Source: the human T2T-CHM13v2.0 reference genome, Homo sapiens. Taken from it: DNA of 64,000 nucleotides. Position numbers and translations under genes: made by a program. The number at the start of each line of letters is the position of its first letter. Positions within the stretch are counted from its first letter, which is position 1. Positions 28,391 through 44,009 of this stretch are shown piece by piece. The DNA lies in NCBI RefSeq assembly GCF_009914755.1, contig NC_060926.1, one strand, 5' to 3'. Under the pieces are notes generated by a model, which did no database searches, was not told the DNA's origin, and was given only the letters and a program-made list of their open reading frames with translations.

Positions 28391-31300
28391 CTTTGAAGCA
28401 ATATTTTAAGGTGTTTTTGGAGCAGCTTACATTAAAACCATGCCCACATGCTTAAGAAGAACATTAAAGTATATCAAGGCATGAAAAACTGCAGCTCCTG
28501 GTGGTCACTAGAGCCCTTGACTGTGTTTTCTCTTTCAGCCACAGTAAAGCAGTCCCTAGATTAGAAATGGCACTAAATAAGATTGGAAAAGGTCAGAAAG
28601 TATGTTCCCTTTGGATTTCAGCACTCTCAGTCTTTATCTTGTGTAATAGATACCCATTAATACATGCTTTTTCTGAGCTTTCTCCAGCATAAGCTCCTCT
28701 TGGGTCAGAAAAGTTAACCTCATTCAGTGTCAGGGACTGACACTGATATAAGTATAAGTCAGTATAAGTCAGGCTGCTCTGATATAAATATCTCCCTATT
28801 AATGCCTTAGTGGTTCCATCCCACAAAATGAAGCTTTAATGTAAAATCATATCCTGTGGCATACAACATATGTCATTTTAGAATTATTGGCTATTTAGGC
28901 TTATCAAGAATCTTGTAGTTTCTCAATCCCCTCATAGAAGTAAACACCTACTTTGTCCCCCCAGTGGCAAAGCCATTCCTGCTACTTAGTCATTAGGAAC
29001 AGAATAAAATGACCTGAGAGCTTTATTCATCAACAAGTTGCAGTATAGTGTTCCCTGAAGAATGAATCAAATTCAGTTTTGCTTTTTGAGGTAAGCCATT
29101 CAAGAATGGCTGCATCATTACAAAACATCTTTGCAGAGACTACTGGGGCAATATAATTTTCCTTTGATTACTTTAAAAGAGCACATCTGAACATTTACTT
29201 CAAGTTCTTAAATACAATCCCCTTTTGCCAATAATTGAAAACAACACTTTAAGAAGCAGAATATCAGAATCTTCCAGCTTGAATATGGAAAGTGGTGCAA
29301 ACATCATGTAAGACATACCATTTGTGGAGTATATAATGATCATATTAACTAACAACATAAACAAACACTATGAGAACATTGACAGCAACACAATGCAAAG
29401 AATTGCATGAATTGATTTAGTACTATTGTACTAATACCCTTTGGAAATATATATAGCTATTTAGATTTCACAGTAAGTTTGGTATTATGATAAAAGATAA
29501 TCCTAAAACACCAATTTGTATTATTAGCAGCATTCATTATTATTCAGTACACTGGGTAAATTTCATTGTGCACTGCAGTGATTATCAAGAAGCTGTATGG
29601 CTACATGCCATTTGTCATATTTAAACCTAATTTTAGACTGCTCAGTCCACTATTTTTGGTAATATCAAGAGGGTAATAATTACCTATTTCTTTACAGTAT
29701 ATAGAAATAAGAAACAGGAGCTTTATATCAAATGCAAAACTTCAGTCTACATCAAAATCTGCCACAAGCCTAAATTAAGGACAAACAAAATTTAACAAAA
29801 AATGATACACCTAAAGGAATGGACTGCTTCCTATATATTTATCTTATCCATTTAATAAAGGAATGAAAGAGTTACTATTTGTTATTCAAGCACCCCAAAA
29901 GGGCAATGGCTATAGACAGAAATAGCAACCGTGTTAGTGCCACAACACCTAAACCATTTTGCCCATCTCTGGGAAAGTATTACCATTACTGAATAGCTCT
30001 TTCCCTGAAGAGTAAACTGCATAAAGAAGGTTAGAAATGGCTTGTAAGAGCTCATTCCTCCTTCTCCTTTTACTCCCTTCCTAAGAGACTAAGGGATAAC
30101 TATCAGTCAACAGGTGTCACTGGGGTGTTGAATTAGAGAAGGCGAGCAAAAGGGCTCTGATACAGAGGCAGACTTTTTGATTTTTCACCTTATAGGCATC
30201 TTAGACAGTATCTTAGATGACTTTCTCATTTTGAAGATCAGGGAATGAAGATGTGGGATCTGAGTTGCTTATTGAGACTGGGTCACTGGTCTTTTAATGC
30301 AAAGTCCAGAGTTCTCACCACACAGGCAGCTAAGGAAAGGGTTTAATTTTCTCAGGCTCCTTGATAACTTTAGTAAATAATCAATTCTCCGTATTCCATT
30401 GTATGCAATGGTTAGGAGTATTGCATATCCTGCCCATGGGTAGATAGAATGTTCCCATGGGCTTGGGGCTCTGTGGGCAATTGCAAGGAGGGCTGGCGTA
30501 AGCGCTGAGCCAGAATCGGGCCTTCTTTCTTCTTTCTTGAGTGTACTTAGTGCTGCTGCAGGCTCACTCTAACCATTTGCCTAATGGTATTCCTGGACAT
30601 CCATGTGAGGCTTGACCTCACTCCCACTCAAGGACAGTCATCTTGACACTGTTTTTCTCCACTTTCTGTGATTATATAGATGGCAGCTTCCAACTTGAGA
30701 ATTAGGGCTATGCTAGAAAACCTGTGATTTCAATTGCCCCAGTAAGCTCAAGCCTATTTCTATTTCTAGGGCTATATTAACCATGTCACATACACTTTCC
30801 CATGGTTACCTTAAGGCTACATTTCCCACAATATTTTCTGACAACTATTTCATGCTCTGTGGGAATAGAAAAAAAAATGCCATTATTAAATGAGTTTGGG
30901 CAGCCTGTGTATTCTACCTCCTGCTTTCAGCTGCACCTTCCAGGCCCTAAGAACTCCTGTAGGAAATAACCAAGTTTATCTCAGCATTTGCCAGACATAG
31001 ATGACAGTGTGAGACCTTTCTTCATGTAACACTAACAACATCCCCTGGACTGCTGAACTGTGGGGCAAAGTGTCTTCCATAGCTATAAGGTTTGCACTAA
31101 ACATTCTGAAGCCTCTGCGTACCAAACCTTCAACTCCTAATTTCATAAATTTTCTGCTAAGCCAAGAACAAGAGAGACTTCCCACCTTTCCTGAACTGGT
31201 AAATAGACAAGCTTGCTGTGTTTTCACCTTTATTTTAAAGGATGCTTGCTAGAAGTGCATGAGACATCAATTTTGGGGACAGAAATGTCCTATCCAGAGT

Positions 31301-32574
31301 ATGCAGCACCACCCCACCACCAGCCACTCTTCCATGAGACTGGTGTCCTAGTGAATATCCCATCCTCCACCCCAAGAAGAGGCCTACATGGAAGGATGGA
31401 TGATTTAATACCAGGGACACCCTAAGGAACACAGGCCGGGCTGCTGGTGTTTTTATACCACGCAGGGTTAAATACCGGCTGCTACTACCTCTACTGAACC
31501 AGGGCTGACTCTAGAAAGAGATGCATTTGGGGGCTTTATCATAATCTCCCATGGTGAAAATATAGGGAAAATGTCTGCCAAGTGTTTTCAAAGCAGTGTT
31601 TTTACTAAGTATGTTTCAGTGACACTTTGTAAAAGAAAAGAGGTAACCGTGAACAGTGCCCCACCTCATTAGTATTGAAATGTCAGCCCAGCCCAGCCCA
31701 GCCACGGTCTCTTGCCTAGAGATGGGCTTGACCCAGACACTGTATAATGCTGCCACTGGCCTCCTATGGAGAAGTAACTCATTCCTCATTGCCAGGTACA
31801 GAGATACTTATTTTTAGGCAATTTTTTGGTTAAATGTTTTCTGTTTCAGGATGCCTGTTCATTTGAATGGCAAAGGGTTTGCATAATCCCCAGAACTTTT
31901 GGCAGCCACCTTTGTGTGAAGCACCGACAATGTTTATAATTTTAAGGGGTTGCATACCCTGTGCCAAGTCACCTGATCAATTCTCTCGAAAAACAGACTT
32001 AAGGGACCACGTTCTTTGAAAATGGATGTTTGTATATGGTGGGGAAAATGTTGGGCAAGGTTTCAGCTCAGGCCACTTGCCTTTTAAATGAAGTGTGACT
32101 TTAGTGTCAGAAATGACGCAAAGCAATATGATATGGAATAACAGAAAGTCACCTGCTTCCCTGTGCTGCCCTTTGAGAGAGCTCTTAGCTTTCTGAAATA
32201 GAGGCAAATAGCCAAATTCAAATTTGATCTACTATTTCTTCTCTTTTCCAGGTTCAGTTTAGATATATTACAAGCCTCAATTTGGACTGGCATCAAGGCA
32301 AAAGAGCAGTGGCTTGGCAAACATTAATAAGTCATTTCTATGCTTTCCACTGATATTTCTGAAGAATTTGGCAATCAGAGTTTTGAGTTGTTCTTTAAGG
32401 AAACTCTGTGAGGTAGTAGAGATAGCATTAATAGGCAATGATTTGAAGGATTTATGCATTTTCCACTGTTCTAAGCCATTTGGGTGAGTTATCTAATCAC
32501 AACCCTATGATATAGATACTATGAAAAAGTTGAAGTTGAGAGAGATTATGTAATGTTCCAAAGATTGATAGCTA

Positions 32575-33179
<605 letters not shown>

Positions 33180-33194
33180 TTATTGCTGTCTCAT

Positions 33195-33580
33195 AAACTC
33201 TCAGCTAGGTTGTTCTCCCATTCTTGGCTGGGCTCATTCATGCATCTATGGTCATCTGAGGGTCAAACCGGCATCTCTGCTGAACCTGGTCATGCTTTCT
33301 TCCATATTTGGGGTTGATGGGCTCTTAGGTGGCCGTGGCGGCAACATGTGGACTCTCCATGTGGACAGTCATTCTCAAGCCAGCTAGCCTGGCACTGTCC
33401 ATGAAAAGGAGGCAGATGAAAGGCAAACTGCCTTTTGAGATCTAGTCTTAGAGCTGGAAAATGATTCTGTCACATTTTTTTGACCAAGGCAAGTCACAAA
33501 GCCAGGACAGATTCAAAGAATGGAAAACAGACTTTACCTCTTGATAGGACCATATACAAAGTTATAGAAGATGATTATGG
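33195..33580 (-). mobile_element. Old MLT1 (G/H-like) LTR
   Basis: gaccaaggcaagtcacaaagccaggacagattcaaagaatggaaaacagactttacctcttgat. Confidence 0.6.
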
Positions 33581-33947
33581 GCAAAAACAACAACAACAAA
33601 AAAAAAAAACAGCCTAAGTGGGATATACTCATATATCTAATACCTAGTTTTTACAATTAATATTTTACTATATTTGCTTTATCACTTATCTATCTGTCTC
33701 CTATTCATTCAGCAATCATCTTTTTTTAAAAAAAATAGATTTTGAAATAAGCTGCAGACCTCATTAACTAGATCAATATCTGACTTGGTTATTTTTTATT
33801 CTTTTGAAATAAAATTTACCATGAGATGCACAATTCATGAGTGTACTATTTGAAGAGTCTCAACAAATGCATACAACTATACAACCCAAACTCCTATTAA
33901 GATACAGGATCATCAGTCATCCCCCAGTTTTTTCTCTTGCCATCTTC

Positions 33948-34415
33948 TGAGATAGGAGGTCGGGTTCAGTCACTGGACCAAATTGAGAACTAGCTAAAAC
34001 AGGTTCAAGGTGAAAGTAGATTTTCATAAGACACACTCACCAATGTGCCATGTCAGTTTACCATTGCCATGGCAACATCCAGAAGTTACCACCCCTTTCC
34101 ATGGCAATGACCTGACAATCTAGAAGTTACCGTGCTTTTCTGGAAATTTCTGCATAATACACCTGATAATTTTCATGTAATTAAAAGTGGGTATAAATTT
34201 GACTGCAGAACTGCCTCTGAGCTGCTACTTTGGGTACACTGCTTATGGGGCAGCCCTGCTCTGCAAGGAGAAGTACCTCTGCTGCTGCTGTGCAATGCCA
34301 CTTCGATAAAAGTTGCTGTCTAATACCTCCAGCTCACCCTTGAATTCTTTCCTGGGTGAGGCCAAGAACCCTCCCAGGCTATGCCCTAATTTTGGGATTC
34401 ACCTGCCCTGCCTCA
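33948..34415 (+). mobile_element. MER41-family (MER41C-like) solo LTR
   Basis: tgagataggagg...cacctgccctgcctca; 4-bp TSD cttc; gtcagtttaccattgccatggcaac. Confidence 0.85.
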
Positions 34416-34516
34416 CTTCCACTAAATCCCTGGTCCTACAACCAAAGGGCAACCACTGTTGTGATTTTTCTTTTTTTTAAACGTGGAGTAGTCTTGCCTG
34501 TTCTAATAAATGGAAT

Positions 34517-35299
34517 TGAAACGGGAAAAGTTCCCTTATCCCCCTCACAGGGCGTGCAATGAGGGAGTGGCTCGCTTCTTTGGTGCTCCACAGCTCAAAC
34601 CCCTAGGGGGAGCATGCAGATGGGCAGGTTGTGGGGTACATGGGCTCTGACCCCATGGCAGCATCTAGGTTTGAGTGTTTATAGCTCCTGAAGCCCCACT
34701 GGGCGTATGTAACAGGGTGTTCTTTCAGCTTAGCCATCTGCAGGCAGCTTGTGTTAATTGGCTCAGTTAGAGCTTCTGCCTTGTCACAATGACAGAGGGC
34801 TTTCGGTATACTGAGGTTCTTGCTCTAGTGTTCCAGAAAAATCGAATCATGGGCTTAGAGAATGAGTGCAAGGTTTTGTTGAATGGTGGAGGTAGCTATC
34901 AGCAGATGGATGGGGAGCCATTAGGGACATGGAGTGGGAAGGTGGTCTTCCCTTGGAGTTGGGCTGCTTAGAGGCTGGGCTCTCCTCTGCTCACCTTCAG
35001 CCGAATTTCCCTTGGCGTCTGCGTCGTTCTGTCATTAATGGCCTGTCAGCGTCTGTGTGTTCTTCTGCCAGTGTATTCCTCTCAAAGTCTAGCCATTTGT
35101 GTGTGTGCCCATTGGGGTCTTAGGGTTTTTATAAGCACAGGATGTGGCAGGCCAGGGCTGTCTTGGAAAATGCAACATTTGGGAGTGAAAACAAATGCCT
35201 GTCCTCACTTATGTCCATAGGCACAGACCTGAGTGTGGAGCCCTAGCCAGTGACCCTGCCCTTCTCTACCCAGCTCTTCCCCGTCCCCCTCCTGTATCA
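34517..35299 (-). mobile_element. LTR1/LTR27-family ERV1 solo LTR
   Basis: tgaaacgggaaaagttccc...cctcctgtatca; TSD gaat; splits the L1 phrase ataaatggaatcatacagtat. Confidence 0.85.
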
Positions 35300-35617
35300 G
35301 AATCATACAGTATAATGATACGGTAAATACTCTTGTGAAAAGCTTCTTTCAGCATAATGTTTTGAGATCCATCCACATTGTTTCATGTATCAACAATTTG
35401 CTCATTTTCATTGATAAGTAATATTCCATTTTATGTATACTCTCCAGTTTGTGTACTATCCTCTTCCTGGATGTATGTGCTGTTTCCAGCTTTTGGCTAT
35501 TTATACGACAAACTACACATATTTAGTGTAACATTGGATGAGTTTTGACACACGTGTATACAAATAAGCCTGTCACTAGGATCAAGATAAAGAACATATG
35601 CATCATACCAAGAACTT

Positions 35618-35937
35618 ATAATTTTTATTTTATTTCTTTTTGATTTTTCAGAGACAGGGTTTCACTCTGTCACCCAGGCTGCAGTGCAGTGGTAAGATTA
35701 TAGCTCACTGCAGTCTCAAAGTCCTGGGATCAAGTGATCCTCCCACCTAAGCCTCCCAAGTAGCTGGGATTACAGATATGCACCACCACACTTGGCTAAT
35801 TTTTTAAATTTTTTATTTGCAGAGATGTGGTCTCACTGTGTTGCCCAGACTAGTCTCAAACTCCTGGCCTCAAACAATTCTCCTGCCTCAGCCTCCCAAA
35901 GCACCGCAACTACAGGCATGAGCCACTGCACCCAGCC
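35618..35937 (-). mobile_element. AluJ
   Basis: cactgcagtctcaaagtcctgggatcaagtgatcctcccacc (J-type); TSD ccaagaactt. Confidence 0.9.
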
Positions 35938-37446
35938 CCAAGAACTTTTCTCATGGCCCTTTCATGAGCCATTTTTTTTTCTCCTCTCCCCTATTCTCAG
36001 ACAATCTACTTTCTCTTATTGTGGATTACTTTGCAATTTCTAGAATTTTATATAAATGAAATCACAAGTGGTTTTTGTTGGTCTTTCCTATTTTACTTAG
36101 CATAATTAAATATTTATCTTAATATTAGTATTGCTCATCATCACTATCAATCATGAACAGCCATCAGTTGAATCAATATCTACAATTTCTTTTTGTTTTG
36201 CTTTGTTTCTGTTTTGCAGAGGAGTATTCTACTGCACGGATGTGCCGTAATGTATTCATTCGCATTTTGATAGATATTTGGGTTGGTTTAAGTTGTCTGG
36301 GCTATTACAAATAAAGCTGATATTGTAATTGTGTAAAAGTCCTGGTGTGAGCACGTGCTTTTATTTCTCTCGGCTATATTCTTAAGAGTAGATAGAATGG
36401 CTGTTCACATGATAAGTACATGTTTAGTTTGCCAAGCAACTGCCAAAATATTTTTCAAATGGTTGTACTATTTTCCATTTTCAGAAGCAATGAAAGAGAG
36501 CTTCAGTTGTAACACATGCGTGCCAATATCTGATATAGACTGTCTTTTAAACTTCTGCTGTTTCAGCAAATGTATAGTGGTATTTTATTTTGGTTTTAAT
36601 TTGCACCTTCCTCATGACTAATGATATTAAGCAACTTTTCAGGTGCTTACTTTCCAACTATACATTTTCTGCATGTGATATTTTTGCATCTGTATATTTT
36701 TTGCATGTGATATTTCTGTTAAATATTTTTCCATTTTTACTGATTTATTTTTCTTATTTTTGTCAGTATTATATATGTTATATATATGATACAAGAACTT
36801 TGTCTTTTCATGCATGTGTTTTGTAAATGTTTTCTTCCAATTCATAGCTTTCCTTTTGGTTTTCTTAAATATGTATATTGAAGGACAAATGTTTAAAATT
36901 TAATGAAGTCCAAATTATTTTTTATATATTTTAAGCGTGCCGGGTCCCACTTTAAGAAATCTTTGTCAGAGCCAAGATTACTAAAATGACCTCTTGGTTT
37001 CTTCTTGAACTTATATAGTTTTAACTTTCCCATGTAGCTCTATGATTCAATTTGAGTTTTTTAATATTGTATGAGATAAAGTCTCAGTTCTTTTGCATAT
37101 GACTATCCAGTAGTTCCAGTACAGTTTGATATAAATATTATTCTCTCCTCATTTAGTTTCCTCAGTTCCTTGGCCAGAAATCAATTGCACACATTGTAGG
37201 TCTATTTATGCACTGTCTAACCTGGTTTTTTGGCTTATATTTCCATCTTTATGCCATACTGTCTTGATTATTGTAGTCTTGAAATAAATCTTAAAATCAG
37301 ATACTCTAGGTTCTCTGTATTTGTTATTCTTTGTCAAAAATAGTTTGGTAATTCTACATTATTTGCATTGCTTAAATAAATGTAAGGATCACCTTGTCAT
37401 TTTCAACAGAAAAGGCTTCCAGGATTTTGATGAAGATAATATTAAA

Positions 37447-37490
37447 TCTATCTATCTATGTATCTATCTATCATCTGTCATCTATCTATA
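37447..37490. repeat. Imperfect (TCTA)n microsatellite
   Basis: atctatctatctatgtatctatctatcatctgtcatctatcta. Confidence 0.8.
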
Positions 37491-39708
37491 AATTAAACTA
37501 GAGAAATAATGTGATTAAAGTATAAATATATTACAAATAAAATTGTTATTTTCAATTTTACTTTCTGTTCATTTCCAGAATATAGAAATAGAATTTATAT
37601 TTGTACGCTGACTTCAAATCCTGCAATCTTCCTAAAGTCACTCATTATTTCTAGTACTTTTTCCATAGATTACATAGTATTTTCTACATAGAAAATTATC
37701 TCATCTGCAAATAAAGACCATTTTACTTCTCCTTTTCTAATCTGTATGCCTTTTATTTGCATGGTTAGGACTTCTGAGACTGTTGAATTGAAATGGTAAG
37801 AGTAGAAATTATTATCTCATTTCCAGTCTTACAAAGAAACTATGAAGTATTTTATCATTAAGTATGATGCTGTAAGTTTTTAATAGATTCTTTCCATTAA
37901 ATAGAAGAAGTTTCATTTTATTTCTCCTCTACTAAGAGTTTTAATCATGAATACATATTGATTTTGTCAAATATGTTGTGTCAATTAAGATCACACGGTT
38001 TTAGTTTTTCAGTTGGTTAGTATTATTAATTACATTAATTGATTTTCAAGTGTTAAACAAACATTGAACTCCTGGAAGGAATTCTACTTGATTATAATAC
38101 CTTACTTTCTATATAAATGTATTGTTAGATTTAATTTCCAAATCTTTCTTGAGAATAGTTGCCTCTATGTTTAGCAGAGATATTGGCCTCTAGTTTGCTT
38201 TTATTATACTCTTTTTGTCTAGTTTTGGTGTTTGGGTAATGATAACTTCATAAAACGGTATGGATGTTTCTTCTATATTCTCCAATATCAATTGTATAAA
38301 ATTGATAGTATTTTTTCCTTAAATGTTTGGTAGAATTCATCAACAAAGCCATCTGAGGAATTCTTTCTAGGAATGCTTTTAAATACAAAATCAATTTCTT
38401 CATAGATATAGGGCTTTTCAGATTATCTTTCTTTGTGAGTTTTGGAATTATATATATTTTAAGATATTTGTTCATTCCATCTAACTTGTGAAATTTATTC
38501 CCATAAATGTGTCCATAGTATCCTTAGTATCCTTTATTATCCTTTTAATGTCTATAGAAAGTCTAGTGATGCCTACTCTCTCATTTCTGATATTTTTAAA
38601 TTGTCTTCTTTGTTTTCTTGATTATTCTGGTTGCATATTTAAAATTTTTATCGATCACTTCTTTTGATTTTACTGATTTTCTGTATTTTTCTGTTTAGCA
38701 TTTTACTTACTTCTTCCTTTACTTTTATTGTTATTTTCTTTCTACATTGGGTTTACTTTGCTCTTCTTTACCTATTCTGTTAAATTCAGGGCTTAAGTCA
38801 ATGACTTGAGACCTCTATTTTTCTCTTATGCAAGCATGGACACCAAAAATGTTCTTACATTTTATTTTCATTTAAATTACATTCAAAGTACTTTTTGAAA
38901 ACTTTCTTCTTTGTTCCATAGGTTATATAGACATATTTTTTGCTATCAAACATTTAGGGATTTTTCACATATTTTTCTCTTTTTGATTCCGAATTTAATT
39001 CCATCTAAATGATAGAACATATTTGATATGACATAGAAACTTTTAAACATATTGGGACTTGTTTTATGACCCAGAATATAGGTCAAGTGTCCACCTGGAA
39101 ATAATGTGTTTTCTATTATTCTTAGATAGAGTGGTTTATAAATGCCAGCTAAGTCAAGTTGTTTGATAGTCATGTTCAATATTTTTTATAATCATAATTT
39201 TTGCCTTCATGTTCTATTACTTATTGAGAGAAAGGCTTTGAAATCTCCCACTGTGTTTCTGCATATTCAACATATGAGGTGCTCTTTTTTGTGCGTGGAC
39301 CCAAATTTCCATCTGTATCATTTTCTTCTATTTCAATGACTTCCTTTGAAATTTTCTGAAGTATGCAGGTGAAAAATTCTTTCAGGATTTCTATGGAAAA
39401 GTCTAGGTCACCTTTATTTTTGAAAGATATTTTTGTTAGATATAGAACTCTAGGTTGTTTCTTTGGTTTTTCTTTCAGAACATTAAATATACTGCTCCAC
39501 TGTCTTTTTTTGTTGTTGTTGTTTTCTGATAAAAAGTTAACTGTGATTTTTATGTATGTTACTCAGCATATTCTGTGTATTTTTTTTTGGTGTGCTTTTA
39601 AGATTTTCTCTTTATCACTGCATTTGAGCAATTTGATTATGAGGTGACTTGGGGTAGTTTTCTTCATGTTCCTTTTACTTGGGATTTACTGAACTTCTTA
39701 GGTCTATG

Positions 39709-40031
39709 TGTATTGGTCTGTTTTGCTTGCTATGATAGAATACCACAGCCTGGGTGACTGGGTGGTTTATAAACAACAGAAATGTATTTTTCACAGTTGT
39801 GGAGGCTGGGAAGTCCAATGTCAAGACGCTACCAGATTCAGTAGTGAGGGTCCACTTTTTGGTTCAAAGCCATCTTCTTGCTTTTTCCTTAAATGGCAGA
39901 TAGGAGTGAGGGAGCTTTCCAGGGTCTTTTTTATGAGGCACTAATTCCACTCATGAGGTGTCTGCCATCATTGGATATTAAGGTTTCAACTTATAAATTT
40001 GGGGTGGGAGAAACACATTCAGTCTATAGCA
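39709..40031 (-). mobile_element. MLT1A-like MaLR LTR inside the L1
   Basis: gggtggtttataaacaacagaaatgtatttttcacagttgtggaggctgggaagtcc...acacattcagtctatagca. Confidence 0.8.
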
Positions 40032-43000
40032 CTGGGCTCATGTTTTCCAACATTTGGAAAAATGTTGGCTATATTTTCTTCATGTGTTTTTCCTTTCTCC
40101 CCAACTCATTCTCTTGTGTGCAATAAATTGCACATATATTAGCCTGCTTGAAATTGTCCTACAGCTCACTGAGACTCCACCCATTCTGTTTTCAGTCTTT
40201 TTGTTTTTTCTGTTTATTTTTGGACAGTTTATATCAATGCAGAATTAGTTCACTAAGGTTTTCTTGTGTGATGTCTGCCTAATCTGCTATTTTCCTGTTC
40301 CAGCATATTTCCCACCTCTAGAAATTCAATTTGAGTCTTTCTAATATCTAACATATCTCCTATTAACATGCTCTTTCTGTCTTCTACATTCTTGGACATC
40401 CAAAGTATATTTATAATAGCTGGCTTAATGTCTTTCTCTACTAACTTTATTAAGAGACATTTCTAATGGTTTATTTTTCTCCTCATTATAGATATATTTT
40501 TCCTGTTTTTTGCCTGTCTGGTCAGTTTTAGAATTGAATACTAAAGATTATGAATTTTGCATTATTGAATGTTAGGTTGTTTTTTTCTTTTTGGATTCCT
40601 TAAGCTGTTTTTCCAGTTTTATTGTGAGATACAGTAAAATTATTATAAATAATTTGATCTCTTTTGAGGCTTGTTTTTAAAACTTGTGAGTCAAGGCCAC
40701 AGTACTCTTTATTCCAGAACGAATTTGGTCCTGCTACTAGGATGATACATTTCTGAATACCCGACCCAAAGCCCCAAGGAATACAAGTCTTCTTGTATCT
40801 GCTGACAGTGTTTGTGGTCTATAGAAATTATTATACCTGTTCCTTTCCCACTTTCAGTTTCCTCACATACAAATACTAATCAATACTTAGCTTAATACTT
40901 GAAGGGAACCCCCTACAGGCCTCTGTGGCTCTCTCTCTGTAGTTCTCTCCTCTTCATGAAGCTCTCTTCTCTATGTTATTCAGCTATGTGAATTTTAGTT
41001 CCCTTGGCTTCTTTAAATTTTCAACATTGCCTCAACTGAGGTAGGCTGCTAACCTCTAAGTTCTCTTTTACTGCAAATTGGACTGGAAACTCAGGAAGTA
41101 GCTGTTTTAATCTTAGGGCTCACCTTATATCTTGTCCTTCAGGAATCACTATCTTGTGTTTGCTTGTTTTATAAGATCTGTAAATCATTCTGTCATATTT
41201 TTTTTTGGTTTCTTACTTAAGAGGGAAGGATAAATTTAACACTTCTTACTCCACTGTGGCTGATAATGGAAAATTTTCTACTCTTTTAGTTCTAAACTTA
41301 TCTTTTGTTTTACATAAAATGTTCAGCCCTTTCTCAAAGTGGAAGTATCGTATTATACTCCCTACAACAATGCATCAAAGCTTATGATCCTCACCAACAT
41401 TTAATATTGCCAGTTCTTATAAATTTAGCCATTTGAGTGGGTATTTTCTTATTATGGTTTTAAATTTTATTTCTATGATGACCAATGTTCCCTGGTGTTT
41501 CATATGCATATTGGACATTTGTATATCTTCTTTTGTGTCTGTAGAAATCATTAAAAATTTTTGTTTGTTTGTCTTTTTATTACTGAGTTATTGGAACCCT
41601 TTATATATCCTAGGTAACAGTCCTTCATCAGCTACGTATGTTTATTGAAAATATTTTTTCCTTAGTAATGACACGCCAGTGTTCTTAATGAGCATTTTGG
41701 TAACATACAGTTCAACTTTTTTCTTCAATGTTGATTGCTTCCCGTGTCCTAGCTAAGAAACTGTTGCTTTCCTTCATATAATAAAGACATTTTCTCTCAA
41801 AAGGTAACTTGCCTTATAAAGACTTCATAATGTTAATTTTTATGTTTAGGTTGTATAATCAACCTCAAATTAATATTTAGGTAAATGGTGAGCTGGGAGT
41901 CAAGGCTTAAACACTTACTGTTTTTCTTTTTTCTTATGGATATCCAAACTACATTATTTTTAAACAGGCTTTCTCTCTTCCTTGGATTGCTTTGGCACAT
42001 TGGTTGAAAAATCAAATGACTATTTGGGGGCTTTATATACTGTGCTATTCACTTATTTGTTAATCCTCATGCCTGAATCATATTGCCTTGATTAATGTAG
42101 CTTTATATTAAGTTTTGAAGTCAGTATAAGAACCTCCAACTTTGTTCTGTTTTATCTAGAATACATGTATTAGAAATACTAATTTATTTGCATATTCTTG
42201 TAGACTAACAACAGCATGTCAATTTCTATAAACATCTGGCCGAACGCATAGGATCAATTCAATAGTTTTATATAGCCAGAGTTGATAATTTTACTGTATT
42301 GATTCTTTCAAATCATGAACATAAGATACCTCTTCATTTATTTAGGTCTTCTTTAATTTTTCTCACCAATGTTTCCTTTTATTTCCTAGTATAAAATTTT
42401 TATATGTGTCTTATAAAACATATCCCTAAGCATATTATGATTTCCACATAATTGTACTTGGAGCTTTAAAAACTGTACTTTTAATTATCCGCTATTAGAG
42501 TATAGAAATGTATTTTCTTGCCTTGTGTCAGGCTTAGTTCTCTACCTGTCTCTGCTCAGCAAGATCTTGGACAGATAATTTGTCATTTTTTTCAGCTCCA
42601 TGACAGTCAAAGCTCTTCTTATTTATCTACCCCCATGCCTACCCCCGCACCAGGTAGTGCCTCTTTTCCTGGGCAAAGCCTAGGATGTCAGCATCTTGAT
42701 GGATTCTCACAATGAGGAACTATAACTAGAAAAAGTAACTATGAAACATGAACTCATCTCCCCATGGCTTGCCTCTCAGCAGTCTTGGATCATTTATTCC
42801 TAGATACATTAGACATAGCTATATATATAATTTTATAAGCTTTTTATTTTGTTCAGTAGGAGTGTTGAACTGCTGAAAGTTACTATTGTAGAAACTATAG
42901 TGCAGCCATAGATGACTTTTAAGGGATAATACTGAATGATATGTTAATGGGTTAGAAATAGAGACAGAAAGTTAAAATTTTGTTTTCTACTCTTCATTTT

Positions 43001-43102
43001 ATTTTTGTAGGTTCATGCTCTAACTAAACAAAATTACCCACTGTTTCTCTATGAGTCTTCCATTTCCCACATTTTTTTATTGTGAATACATGTTGCTTTT
43101 AA

Positions 43103-43740
<638 letters not shown>

Positions 43741-44009
43741 GTTTGTATTATAATCTCCCTTCCCCATCACCACTGCTCTCAGTTATCTAAAATCTGTGTA
43801 TTTTAGAATAAGTATTTGGAATTTATTTGGAATAGATAGAGTTGTAATAACTATCTTTCCAATGCTGTCCCATTATGTTTTATCTTCACCTCTTTCTTTG
43901 TCTTAGATGCTCTTTATGCTAATTTATATTCTACTGCATGTTCTAGCTAACCACCTTTTATCCCTAAGGCCACTTGAGGGCAAGACCCCATACAACTCAT
44001 TAAAAAAAA

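Larger units (their letters stand above)
33620..42510 (-). mobile_element. Long composite tract of old LINE-1 (L1M), several nested or adjacent copies
   Basis: Continuous T-rich antisense L1 3'UTR/ORF2/ORF1 phrases; minus ORFs 38248-38475 and 38946-39179 give degraded ORF2-like peptides (e.g. QLDLAGIYKPLY...GHKTSPNMFK). Confidence 0.8.
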
